Positions 39,791 to 50,147 of a stretch of 64,000 nucleotides of DNA are shown piece after piece. The stretch is from Yuukianura sp. NJ FZ-2021. Lineage: Eukaryota. The DNA lies in contig JAJCTO010000010.1 of the NCBI GenBank assembly GCA_046563655.1, forward strand, positions 868,001 through 932,000, read 5' to 3'. Position 1 is the first letter of the stretch, and each line of letters opens with the position of its first letter. A model generated the notes under the pieces. The model saw only the letters and a list, made by a program, of their open reading frames with translations, ran no database searches and was not told the DNA's origin. Made by a program: the position numbers and the translations under genes.

Positions 39791-41309
39791 ATGAGTACTG
39801 GTGAATCCAGTTCGGGGAAAAAGAGAGATCGAGGGACACCAGAATTTTCATTCACTGCATTGGATACGGTGCTGAAAGATAATCGATCTAAGTCAAAGTC
39901 GCCTAAGAACCGAGAAGAGGAAATCGCTTCAGGCACACAAGCAGGGTCAAGTACCACTCCTACAAATCCGGGGATCAGGGCTATTCCAGAAGTAGTGGTT
40001 GAAACAGTCCAACTTCCGTCAAATCCCCCGATCACTGTGAAGGACGAACGTTTAGAAAGGAAAAGCCAACATACCACTAAGGCTACGAAGGCTGACAGGT
40101 CAGATCGTCCTATTTTAATTCCTACTCCTACTCAGGAGAGAGAAAGCTTACGTAGGGACTTGAGTCTTGATTTATCTGGCACTGTCGGAGGAGTTATGGC
40201 TGACCCAAATAATACTGGCGCAGGGGCTCCAGGGGAGTACCCCTGGTCCTGTAGCCTTGGTAGCACCTGGTGGGACAGGGAACGTGTTCGTTTCTGTATG
40301 GACCCCGCCAGGGGACCCTATGTTCGAAGGAAAAAGAGGGACGCATGCTACTAACTTCATGCAAACCTTTAAAGCCGTTGCAGCTACGCAGCATTGGGAC
40401 GACGCTGCGAAAGTCGTCCATTTTCCACTTTATCTAACCAAGTATGCTAAGACTTGGTGGTTAAATTATTGCATGGATTGGAAGAGAGATCCTGCAAATA
40501 TTGACGATGATGGTGAAGTAATACCGTTGTCATGGTCCAAAATTGAGGAAGATTTCAAAATAGCGTTCAAATCCCGTCTTACCGAAGACGCTCTTGAACA
40601 TAAACTTGCTCAAATGCGACGAGGAAAGAATGTTCGCATTGAAGAATACTGTAGTAATATTATGCGACTGTGTGACCAATTGGACAAAAGCCAGGGCACA
40701 GTCATGAAGGATGAAAAGCGCGTAAAGTACCTTTTGAAGGGGTTGAGCCATGACGAAAGTCATGAGGTCTTTCTCAGGCAACCTAAGACCCCGAAGGATG
40801 TTATCGATTTCTTAATTCAGAAAGAGGATTACGATTTCATGATGGATAGGAAGAAAGACCCTTCAGGTCAACGTAGAATGGTCACTAGGTTCAATGCTAT
40901 GACCGTCCAGGATGAGGGTAGAGGTTCAAACTCCGCAACAAACCAACCTCGTCAGCGAGGAGGTTATCGTGGCGGTTGGAAAAACAGTAATCGAGGTTTC
41001 GGAAAGGCCGGACACGGGTACTCTCGAGGTGGAGGTGGACCCAGAGGAGGAAATAATACTAATAATCAGGGGAATTACTCCAGAAATGAGCAAAGCTCAT
41101 ACCGCGGTCGGTGGAACAACCGAGGAAGCCGTGGATCTTGGACACCCCGCAACGCTGGTAGTAAAACCCAGCGTGCAGATGGCACTCCGATAGAATGTTG
41201 GGAATGTGGTGAGAATCATAGAAGGGCAGACTGCCCAAAATTTAAGAAAACGCCATTGGCGATTGAGGCACCGCCTGTTGAGTCGGAAAACTCCCCTGCA
41301 CGTCAGTAG
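39791..41309 (+). CDS. gag: Gag of element 1, interrupted by an apparent 2-nt deletion near 40232-40235
   Basis: ORFs 39791-40354 and 40167-41309 together align to the single 52392-53894 Gag. Capsid-like region, RGG-rich tract, zinc knuckle CWECGENHRRADC. Confidence 0.9.
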
Positions 41310-41341
41310 GGGGAGCTGACGTCGACGTTACATGTCCCCCT
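41285..41341 (+). promoter_or_regulatory. Gag-pol -1 ribosomal frameshift element (G_GAA_AAC plus H-type pseudoknot)
   Basis: pol is in the -1 frame and open from this heptamer. Stem 1 acgtcag/ctgacgt; loop aggggga pairs with tccccct. Confidence 0.8.
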
Positions 41342-41374
41342 ACTGTCATTCCAATCGAGCCAATTTTTAATTCA

Positions 41375-44300
41375 ATGCAACTTGACGTTTCGGACCCGAA
41401 ATTAAGAGGAAATTTTATCACTCCCATTTTCATTAACGAATCAGGAACCCTAAATCGCAAATCTTGCTTAATCGATAACGGAGCATCAGTCAGTATCGTT
41501 ACTTTAAATAACGTAACCACTTTTGAAAAACTTAAACAACCATTTAAAATTAAATTGGCTAACGACAATCAAGTGGAGATTATGGGCACGTGCCAACTTC
41601 GAGTTCATTTTACACGAGCCGAAGACGAATTTTTCGATTGGGATTTCTTTGTTATTAACAAAAGTTTTGTAGACTTTGTCATTGGACTCGATTTCCAAGC
41701 AGCCAATTTGATGCACTATCGTTTATTAAATCCCAATGGGTTAGCGGAATTCCAATTCCAGGGTATGCGTACCCCGAAACGACTTAACATTTTTCCCAAA
41801 ACAGGAACAGAAACAATTCTTAACTCCATACGCGTAGAAGAAGCTAACTTATGTAAGAAAAATCATCCATCCACACCCAAGGTTTTGACAATGGAAGAGG
41901 TGGTACTCCCACCATTTGCTACTACTCATGTAAAGGTATCACCGGTTCACACGATTTCAGGCACCCTAGCCTTCGAACCTAACTCCACCGGGTTAGACAA
42001 GCTAGGCATTTGCATTCCTCACCTAGCTCACATTCCTGAAGGAGAATTTACTTTACCGGTGGATAACCCCAGACCAATTCCGGTCACTCTTTATAGAGGC
42101 GTTAACGTTGGATGGATCAGTCGAGTTATCGTCAGAGACTCACAACCAGAGGAAGTCATACGAGCGGCTCGATTTAAATCCACTCGAGAAAATATAGATC
42201 AGATCGACATCAATCCCGAATTAGATCCAGAACAGAGACAACAATTGAGGGAACTCATTCTAGAATACGGTGATGTTTTTGCTTTCGATTTAACTCAATT
42301 AGGGAAAGCAAAGGATGTTAGTTTTCGCATCGATACAGGAGACGCCCTTCCAGTTAGTTGTCCTCCTTACAAAAAGTCTCCCATCGAAAAGAAAATCATA
42401 GAGAAGGAAGTTGAGACACTTTTGAATGCAGGCATTATTCGGGAAAGTCAGTCCCCTTGGTCGGCTGGAGTTTCTTTAGTACGAAAACAGAATAGTGACA
42501 AATTTCGGATGTGTGTAGATTGGAGACGTCTTAATTTTGTAACAAAAACTGTCGTCTGGCCCATGGCAATTATTAGCGAACTACTTGCATCTTTTAATGG
42601 TGCCAAGTATTTCAGCGTGATGGATTTAATGTCAGGTTATTTTCAGCTGCCTATCCATCCAGACGATGCTGAGAAGACCAGTTTTGTGACTCATACTGGG
42701 GCCTATGAATACTTATTTGTTGGTTTCGGTCTAACTAACGCCCCAGCAGCATTCTCTGCATTTTTAAAGACAGTGTTAGGCAATATGCTTCATTCCATTG
42801 CCACTGCGTATTTAGATGACGTCTGCTGCTATAGTAAGGACTTTCCAAGCCACTTGGTCAACCTGCGAAAGGTTTTTGAACAATTCCGTACTTACAATTT
42901 AACGTTACAGCCGCCAAAATGCCACTTTGGCCAAACTAAAATCGAACTGCTAGGTCATATTATTTCTGGTGATGGAGTGTCAGTTAATCCAAATAAGGTC
43001 AGTGCCATCTCGAAAATGCCTATTCCTACGAACATCGGAGAAGTACGAACTTTCCTAGGTATGGCTGGATATTACAGGCGATTCATTTCAAACTACAGCC
43101 TTATCGCTGCCCCATTAACTTCACTGACAAAGAAAAACGCTGCTTTTGTCTGGGGCCATGATCAACAGCAAGCTTTCGATACATTAAGGGAAAAGCTGAT
43201 GTCAGCACCTATTCTCACATTTTTCAATGAGAACGCAGACTTGGAACTTCACACCGATGCGTCCAATAAAGGTATTGGCGCAATCCTAAATCAAAGAGAC
43301 TCCGACGGAGTATTGCGCGTTGTCGCATACGCTAGTCGAACCTACCGTGGTGCGGAAGAAAGGTATAACACTAGCGAGCAAGAAGCGTTAGCGGTCGTTT
43401 GGGGATTGGAAAAATTTAGAGAATTTATTGGTTTTAAGGGAATTACCATCGTCGTAGATCATCATGCTCTATGCTATCTGAAAACATGTAAGAATTTAAG
43501 AAATAGTCGTCTCGCCCGTTGGGCTTCACGGCTTCAGGATGTTGTGTACGAAATCAAGCACGTAAACGGAAAAAGCCACGTCCAGGCTGACTGCCTTAGT
43601 CGTTTTCCTGTCCAGGAAACCGAGGACACAAAGACTTTCACCGACGAATTTCCAACAACATGGTATAGCATGCGGTTAGTGACACCGGTAGACTATACTG
43701 AGGACCTCGCAAATGAACAATTAAAGGATAAAAAGCTTGAACTCATCATAAACTCCCTTAAGGCAGGCAAACCAAAATATCAATCCAGTTTCGATTACTC
43801 GGATGATCTTTTAAAAATCCTATGTAAACAAACCAAGCATTACCTTCCCGTAATCCCAGCACACCTTGTCGAGTTTGCCATTCCTAGATTTCACGATGAT
43901 ACCTTGATGGGTCACTTAGGCATCGCCAGAACAATGGCAAGAATCCGCCAGAGTATTCTCTTTTTCAAAATGGAGAAACGAGTAACACAATACATTAAAC
44001 AATGTAAAACATGTCAATTACGGAAATCGAAAAACGTAAAGCCATACGGGCTGCTTTCATCCATTGACGTAAGCTCACTAGCTCTTTTTGACAAATGTAG
44101 CATCGATGTAATTGGTCCCCTAAATACCACAAAACGGGGTAATCGATATATTGTAGTCCTTGTCGAATTTGTGTCAAGATACATATTTGCCAAAGCTATT
44201 CCTGATAACAATACCAAAGAAATGATCGCATTTTTAATGGAAATTATACAAACCCATGGGGTTTTTAAGACTTTGCTGTCAGATAACGCGAGTACTTTTC

Positions 44301-45241
44301 AATCTTCTTTCTTTAAACAATTTAATAAGATGATTGGTATCACAAATTTATATTCTACTCCGTACCACAGCAGGACCAACGGTTTAGTCGAGCGGACTAA
44401 CCGAAGCCTCGAAGAGGTACTTACTAATTATGTCTCCAGCACTCAGCGTGATTGGGACAAATACCTAGGATCAGCCGTATACAGTCTAAACACCGCTGTC
44501 CACAAGGACAGCTCGGGTTTCAGCAGTTACTACATTTTGCATGGTCGAAACCCACAACATCCGTTAGACGTCGCCTTAGATACGACAAAAGATGTCGTGG
44601 ACGTTCCGTCACGAGTACGACGCATGGAGGATGCGCGTAACGCTGCCCGTGCAGGCCTCAAGAAAGCCCAGGCACATCAGGCCAAGCTGTTCGACCCGGG
44701 ACGTCAGCCGTTCGAATTCAACGTTGGCGATTTGGTACTCCTGAAAGTACATAAGCCGAAACCTGGTACAAGCCGTAAGCTTGCTATGCGTTATAAGGGT
44801 CCTTATGTTATAATCGGAAAGAAGTCGACCCTCACTTACTACTGTCGTCTTCGGGACGGGGATCCCGAGGCTACACCCACAAGGGTGCACATAGAGAACA
44901 TCAAATTGTTTCATGAGGCAGATATCTCATTTAAAGTTCCTGCCGAAGCTGCTCCAGGAGTAGCAGCAGAACAAGTTGGGGAAGGGCCGCTATTTGAGCA
45001 GCCTATACCCGAAATTTTTGAATTCCCGGTTGCAGAGTCTGATAGGAACCTAGACCCAACCGAGGACGATGATGAAACCGACGAGATAGGAGAAGACAAT
45101 CACATATCAACAGACGAGGATAACTCATCAGAGGAGGAGGAGATTAGGCTAGCACAGGAAATCAATGAGCAGGCGCAGGAACCCGTAGTGGTAACCCGCT
45201 CAGGAAGGGTCGTTAGAAAACCCGTTAGATTTCTGTCTTAA
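41375..45241 (+). CDS. pol: Pol polyprotein (PR, RT, RNase H, integrase); real entry probably by frameshift near 41285
   Basis: LIDNGAS protease; YLDD RT; HTDAS...EQEALA...DHHAL RNase H; HHCC and D,D35E integrase (IDVIGP, SDNAS, NGLVER); GPY motif; acidic tail ending TRSGRVVRKPVRFLS. Confidence 0.98.
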   Translation: MQLDVSDPKLRGNFITPIFINESGTLNRKSCLIDNGASVSIVTLNNVTTFEKLKQPFKIKLANDNQVEIMGTCQLRVHFTRAEDEFFDWDFFVINKSFVDFVIGLDFQAANLMHYRLLNPNGLAEFQFQGMRTPKRLNIFPKTGTETILNSIRVEEANLCKKNHPSTPKVLTMEEVVLPPFATTHVKVSPVHTISGTLAFEPNSTGLDKLGICIPHLAHIPEGEFTLPVDNPRPIPVTLYRGVNVGWISRVIVRDSQPEEVIRAARFKSTRENIDQIDINPELDPEQRQQLRELILEYGDVFAFDLTQLGKAKDVSFRIDTGDALPVSCPPYKKSPIEKKIIEKEVETLLNAGIIRESQSPWSAGVSLVRKQNSDKFRMCVDWRRLNFVTKTVVWPMAIISELLASFNGAKYFSVMDLMSGYFQLPIHPDDAEKTSFVTHTGAYEYLFVGFGLTNAPAAFSAFLKTVLGNMLHSIATAYLDDVCCYSKDFPSHLVNLRKVFEQFRTYNLTLQPPKCHFGQTKIELLGHIISGDGVSVNPNKVSAISKMPIPTNIGEVRTFLGMAGYYRRFISNYSLIAAPLTSLTKKNAAFVWGHDQQQAFDTLREKLMSAPILTFFNENADLELHTDASNKGIGAILNQRDSDGVLRVVAYASRTYRGAEERYNTSEQEALAVVWGLEKFREFIGFKGITIVVDHHALCYLKTCKNLRNSRLARWASRLQDVVYEIKHVNGKSHVQADCLSRFPVQETEDTKTFTDEFPTTWYSMRLVTPVDYTEDLANEQLKDKKLELIINSLKAGKPKYQSSFDYSDDLLKILCKQTKHYLPVIPAHLVEFAIPRFHDDTLMGHLGIARTMARIRQSILFFKMEKRVTQYIKQCKTCQLRKSKNVKPYGLLSSIDVSSLALFDKCSIDVIGPLNTTKRGNRYIVVLVEFVSRYIFAKAIPDNNTKEMIAFLMEIIQTHGVFKTLLSDNASTFQSSFFKQFNKMIGITNLYSTPYHSRTNGLVERTNRSLEEVLTNYVSSTQRDWDKYLGSAVYSLNTAVHKDSSGFSSYYILHGRNPQHPLDVALDTTKDVVDVPSRVRRMEDARNAARAGLKKAQAHQAKLFDPGRQPFEFNVGDLVLLKVHKPKPGTSRKLAMRYKGPYVIIGKKSTLTYYCRLRDGDPEATPTRVHIENIKLFHEADISFKVPAEAAPGVAAEQVGEGPLFEQPIPEIFEFPVAESDRNLDPTEDDDETDEIGEDNHISTDEDNSSEEEEIRLAQEINEQAQEPVVVTRSGRVVRKPVRFLS

Positions 45242-45298
45242 GAAGCCTCCTAATTAGCTTAGAATTTCGGTAAAGGGGTAGTTAGGGTAATTTAATAC

Positions 45299-45322
45299 TT
45301 AGGAACTTTTAATCCCTTCTAG
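45299..45322 (+). promoter_or_regulatory. Putative env splice acceptor, element 1
   Basis: ttaggaacttttaatcccttctag| lies 7 nt before the env ATG; conserved in element 2 amid otherwise diverged spacer. Confidence 0.65.
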
Positions 45323-45329
45323 AACAATA

Positions 45330-47479
45330 ATGGCAGCCATCCACGCAATTATCGCCTTCCTTCTACTCCCCACTATCAGCTCGTACGAAATCATACCCAA
45401 ACAAGTTCGAGTAACCACCGGAGCCTTAATCCGAGAAGTCAAGAACGTTGAATTGTATTCATCCAGCGTTCCCTTAATCTACGATGTCAACGCAACCTTC
45501 TCCGGATTACCTAAGGGAATTTTAACTCCCAAACGTTGTCAGACTGGGAGCAGCTGTGAATTCCCAATTACAATGCGTCCCTATGTGGAACATATCACGG
45601 ACGTCATGCAGAAAATCATCGATGACCTTTTAATGAGCTCTCCCAGGAACACAAGACAGAAGCGTTTTAGTCTAGATGACTATAACCCTCTTACATGGAT
45701 CGGTGACCTCTACTCCGCTTGTTGTGGAGTAGCATCGAAAAGAGATTTGAAAGAATACCAAGTTGATTCCCAGAAAGTACAGCAGTTTATGGAATCAATA
45801 AAGAAAGCCGTTGTAACATCCGATCAAAACGTAATTACTGTAAAAGACAGTTTCGAAATGTTCCGAAGCAACGTCTCGAGTATTGTTTCGAGAATCCATG
45901 ACACTATACACACCCTTTACGCTGAGCGAATCAACGCCTCAATTATTGAAACGCAGTTAGAACAACGCGTAACAGAAGCATTCGAAGAATTAGATTTCCA
46001 TAGAAGAGGATTTGTGCAGATCTACAATCACATCAACTCCCTCACAGAGATTATTCGATTTAAAGATCTTCAAGATCACTGCAGATCACAGACGATCCCA
46101 CTGTTAGCAATCCAACCGAAGAAGCTACAACGAGATTTGAGGGCCATCCGAAGACTTATCAACAAGGATGGATACGATCTTGTGATATCAGAAAACGAAA
46201 TTTCCAAATACTACAAACTCAAGATCACAGATTGTGTAACTACGGCCGAAGGGAGAATCGTCTTCAAACTCCGCATCCCAATAAAGAAAACCGAAGACGA
46301 TTGGCAGCTTCACGAGCTGGTCAACATTCCATTTGGTTACCGGGGTAGTACATGTATCATTCAACACGCTCCGACATACTTAGCTACAAGCAAAGGCAAC
46401 CTAGTAACTATTCAAGGTACTCAACTCCATCAATGTCAACCAGACACCGGACTTTGCAAAATTCCAAACTTCAACTCCGATCCTTTGTCTGGATATCTAT
46501 GTGCCCAAAGATTACTTCGCGGAGCCAGCGTTCGAGAACTGAACCAAGTCTGCCTATTTGAATGCCTCTCAGACCAAAATGAGTTTGCAATCACACAACT
46601 CGATTACCATACCTTCATCCTAACCGGAGCCCCGGAAGGAATGGCCGTACATTGTGGGACAGAAGACGCGGATAGGATCTATCCCTTGAGGACACCTGCC
46701 GATGGCATTGGTAGTATCGAAGTACAGCTACCTTGTGACTGTCAATTGATTATACCCGGAAGAATGCCGGTCAGACCACCTTATCCTTGTCCAACAGGAC
46801 CCATAATATATCCCAAGGTTAACATTGTCATTCCGGCAATGATGTCCAAAGTAGATTTGTTACTGAAAGCAACAGACTCTCGAGAAAACAAGGAAGCCAC
46901 TGTATTTCCCAGCATTGAAACAGTGTTCAATGAGACTTGGGAATTAGACTCACCTAAGTTAAATCTCACAGAGGTAACACAGCTGAAAACTTTGATTGTT
47001 CCTCAGTTGGTAGCCAAGATGGCACCATCCAGTAATACTGCTCTGATAATATGGAACATTTTAATAAGCTTAGTGTTAGCTTTTCTTTTCTACCGCGAAA
47101 TGAGCCGACATGGTGGTTACCTTCTTGGTCTCCCCATGTTAGGAGGACAACTCGGACATGCCCAAGCATCCGCCGAGATTCACGAACACCACACATGGAA
47201 TTTAGGAGTAACTTTACTCCTAATTATAGCATTCATCGCATTCTTTATGTTTGGCTATGCATACTCATATTACAGACGCCGCAAGAGCGGTAAGAATTGG
47301 CCCAGTGGCGAGATCAGGGCAGACGGTACCGATTTGAATAAGTTTGAGAAAGGGGTCGAACACCGTTTCACCCGCCTCTTGTAACTCAAGCTGTCCAGGT
47401 GATGGACACGATAATTGAAGAGAATGAGAGTATCACTTCTGAAAGTGATCATGTTGAGGAAGAGGTAGAAGAATTATGA
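45330..47479 (+). CDS. env: Env-like fusion glycoprotein; as written stops at 47384 because of an apparent 1-nt deletion in a G run (47352-47355)
   Basis: Signal peptide; furin site RQKR followed by fusion-peptide-like FSLDDYNPLTWIGDLYSACCGVA; heptad-like region; Cys-rich ectodomain; hydrophobic C-terminal segments. Adding one G restores an acidic tail (...EEEVEEL, TGA 47477-47479) homologous to element 2. Confidence 0.88.
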
Positions 47480-47826
47480 ACACCTCGAAACATCAAAAAT
47501 CCAAACAAGTAGTATCAACTTAAATCTCTCTTTTTAACAGTTAACCTTTCAAGTAATTAACTCAAAACGGAATGCCATCCTTAGTTATTAGAGTTCGAAG
47601 TATCCTCAGACATGAGTATGAAAACGTGGTTTAAAATTTATTCCAGTTGAGCATTCCCAACTAGCTATCATACTTAAAAATCAATTTCTTACACCCATAT
47701 TCTTCGGCAAAAGATTCCAAAATTAGCTCCCTGTTTCTAAGGACATAGAAAAGAGCACTCATGATTTTTTAGACCAAAGTTAGGAAAAACAAGCAAAAAT
47801 AAGTTAGAAAAATTTGTTACACTTAG

Positions 47827-48093
47827 ATGCCGCGAAACTGCACTTGGTGTGGCAGACCGAATTCCGGCGGAAAGCCGAGAACGCGGATTTTAAAACCAGA
47901 CTCCCTCAATCAGGACCTCCGCATCCCAATGGAGCATTTCTGGATGGAGTTCTGTGGAGCCTGTCAGAAGAAGGCTATGTGTGAATTAAAAGAGGGAGAC
48001 ACCCTTCGATTCTATATGGATTATCAGGCCAACCCCAGTTGCGCCTTGTCATTGTTTTGCAAAGAGAAACCCTTGCGATACTCCGCAAAATAA
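47827..48093 (+). CDS. Small Cys-rich ORF (88 aa) with two CxxC motifs, possible zinc-binding accessory protein
   Basis: ATG start; CTWC and CGAC motifs; more GC-rich than its AT-rich flanks. No homolog elsewhere in the window. Confidence 0.4.
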   Translation: MPRNCTWCGRPNSGGKPRTRILKPDSLNQDLRIPMEHFWMEFCGACQKKAMCELKEGDTLRFYMDYQANPSCALSLFCKEKPLRYSAK

Positions 48094-48117
48094 TTAGTTA
48101 ATAGTTAGCTATCAATC

Positions 48118-48130
48118 AGAAGATAGGGAA
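48118..48130 (+). promoter_or_regulatory. Polypurine-tract-like sequence immediately before LTR2
   Basis: agaagatagggaa (12 of 13 purines), then c, then TGTAAC. Confidence 0.55.
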
Positions 48131-48131
48131 C

Positions 48132-49134
48132 TGTAACGCCGGATTTCGAGCCACCCGGAGACTTTGAGATCTCCCGGTGGGCCGAAACCGGACGATTGTA
48201 AAATAAACATTAGTTTTAATAGAACAAGTAGGAAAGCAAAGACTCAGCTTCTTTTCCTCTTTCTTAAGAGGATCAAGTGTCAAAGATTTATGACAATTGA
48301 TCTTTGACATGACGGATCAGTGGGAGGGCAAGCAACAAAGTTGCTTGTTTAACAAGTTTTTCACTTGTTAGACATGTGAATGTCAACTCATCAAAAGTTG
48401 ACATTCATACAAAGTGCCCAGATAATCAACTTGCATAGTCCCACAACTTAGTTCAATCTTGGACTTTAATGACAGAACAGGATCATAGATCCTGGTCATT
48501 AACGTCCAACTATGAACTCAGGTCGCTAAGCGTCCCTCGGTTGAAGGACAAGCTGGGTCAAGAGTAAGGTTATAAATATAAGTAACAACTTGTTAGCGTT
48601 AAGTCATTTCTAGATTAGCTTCTGGCCAAGTACTCTCTCTCTCCAACTTAAGGTCTAAGGTCGAAACACTAAGTCTTTTGCAAATAAACACTGTTCTTGG
48701 GAAGATCTTTCGTCATTCTTCAACTCCACGTCTCACAGCTAAACGCATCTCCACGGCTTCATCTCCACAGCTCACGCATCTGCCACTGCCGCTTTCACCG
48801 ATCCGACTGTAGCTGACAGAGGTAAGGGAATCTTCCCTTCTTATATAGGTTCGAGAGTTAGTTAGACATCCACTTTTCAAGCGTCATTTAAGGTGGGTCC
48901 GGTGGGACCGGCCCCACCTAGATAGAAGGCAAGGTAGAGAATGAGACTGCGGCGTGGTTCACTTTGAGGTCATACATCCAAATGAGTCCCAGGGGACCCA
49001 GAAGGGTCAAGTTTCAGGTCAGGAGGGGTGGGGCGGGTGTTAGACCCGCCATTTTGATTGTTTTCAGAGAACAATCAAAGAGAATCATTATGATAAGTTA
49101 GCAAATCATCAAGCATCATTTTCACCCTGTTTCA
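48132..49134 (+). repeat. 5' LTR of element 2 (1003 bp)
   Basis: TGTAACG...TGTTTCA; TATAAATA 48571; AATAAA 48683; donor at 48822; followed by PBS. Clearly homologous to, but much diverged from, LTR1. Confidence 0.9.
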
Positions 49135-49135
49135 A

Positions 49136-49153
49136 TGGAGGTTCTACTGAGAT
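49136..49153 (+). promoter_or_regulatory. Primer-binding site, tRNA-Gln
   Basis: TGGAGGTTCTACTGAGAT, 1 nt after the LTR terminal CA. Confidence 0.88.
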
Positions 49154-50147
49154 CCTTCTGTATAGTCCCTAGATTCATTTAAGGTCAAGCGAGGTCAACT
49201 AGAATAACAGTTAACATAACGTCTGGAGAAAGCAGCTCTTAGAATTAGAAACTCGTTTTGGCGGGAAAATTCGAATTTGAAAATTTTTTTTTACTATATA
49301 CAAGGGTAGGCCTATAGCCCACAGCCTAAATGGCAAGTCCTCTTTCACATTTCTGAAGAACTTTTGAAGAATTACTTTTGGCGCGAAAATTTAAATTTTG
49401 AAAATTTAAAGTATGATGTATGGAAGAACATCAAGTCCTATCGTCTTGCAGTTTAGTAGTCAGTGTGAATCAAAATTTTTAAAGTTTCATGTGTTACATC
49501 TAATATTGTTCTCATTTCATAATTCTGTTTTTGCAAAAACGCCAAGAAGAGTACAAAATTTATCAGACTCATCTTTCATAAATTTATCAGCTGATTTGAA
49601 TTCATCTCAATAAAGTACAATTGCATAACGACATTTTAATACGTTAATTAACTACTATACAAATTTCATTGCATAAAGTTTTGAACTGAATTTCGGCGCG
49701 AACACTCAAAATTCAAACTAGTAGAATTCTTGCATGAACTTACATTTCAATTTTCTTCAAATGACAAATTCTTGAATTTCGAATTAAGTTTCAGTTGAAA
49801 ATTAAAATTTATCTTTTCGTTTAGTGTCTTTTCAAACATAGACAGGATTAACGTAAATTCGCATTCAGAAAAAGGCTTTTTGACGTTATGACCTCTCTTG
49901 ACCTCAACAGCTTTTGGTATAGGAGTAACTATACCCCTACAATGTAATCATCCACTGATCTCATACAAGTTTTTAAGGCTGAAATCGAAATAATGACGGA
50001 AACCTGTTTAGCTTTCTTCTGTTTCTTTTCTTCTCAAAGCTTTCACTTCATAATTAAAGAGTAGAGTGGAAGGGGGGAACCCTTCCCACAGTTAGTCGAC
50101 ACTAAGTAGAGTGAAGGGAAGAGCCTTCGCTCGAATTGCAGAAATTT

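Larger units (their letters stand above)
35769..48131 (+). mobile_element. Ty3/gypsy LTR retroelement with env and an MMP ORF (element 1); no cognate 3' LTR seen in window
   Basis: LTR, PBS, gag, pol in PR-RT-RH-IN order, env; begins inside a satellite unit. Confidence 0.93.

Noticed and set aside
41307..41315. MLV-type UAG readthrough between gag and pol
   Set aside because: pol is in the -1 frame relative to gag in both elements.
41880..42120. dUTPase in pol between protease and RT
   Set aside because: Only a beta-rich spacer common in gypsy pol; I cannot see the catalytic dUTPase motifs.
48132..49134. LTR2 as the ordinary 3' LTR of element 1, usable for insertion dating
   Set aside because: Too diverged from LTR1 given the nearly intact ORFs, and followed by its own PBS and internal region.
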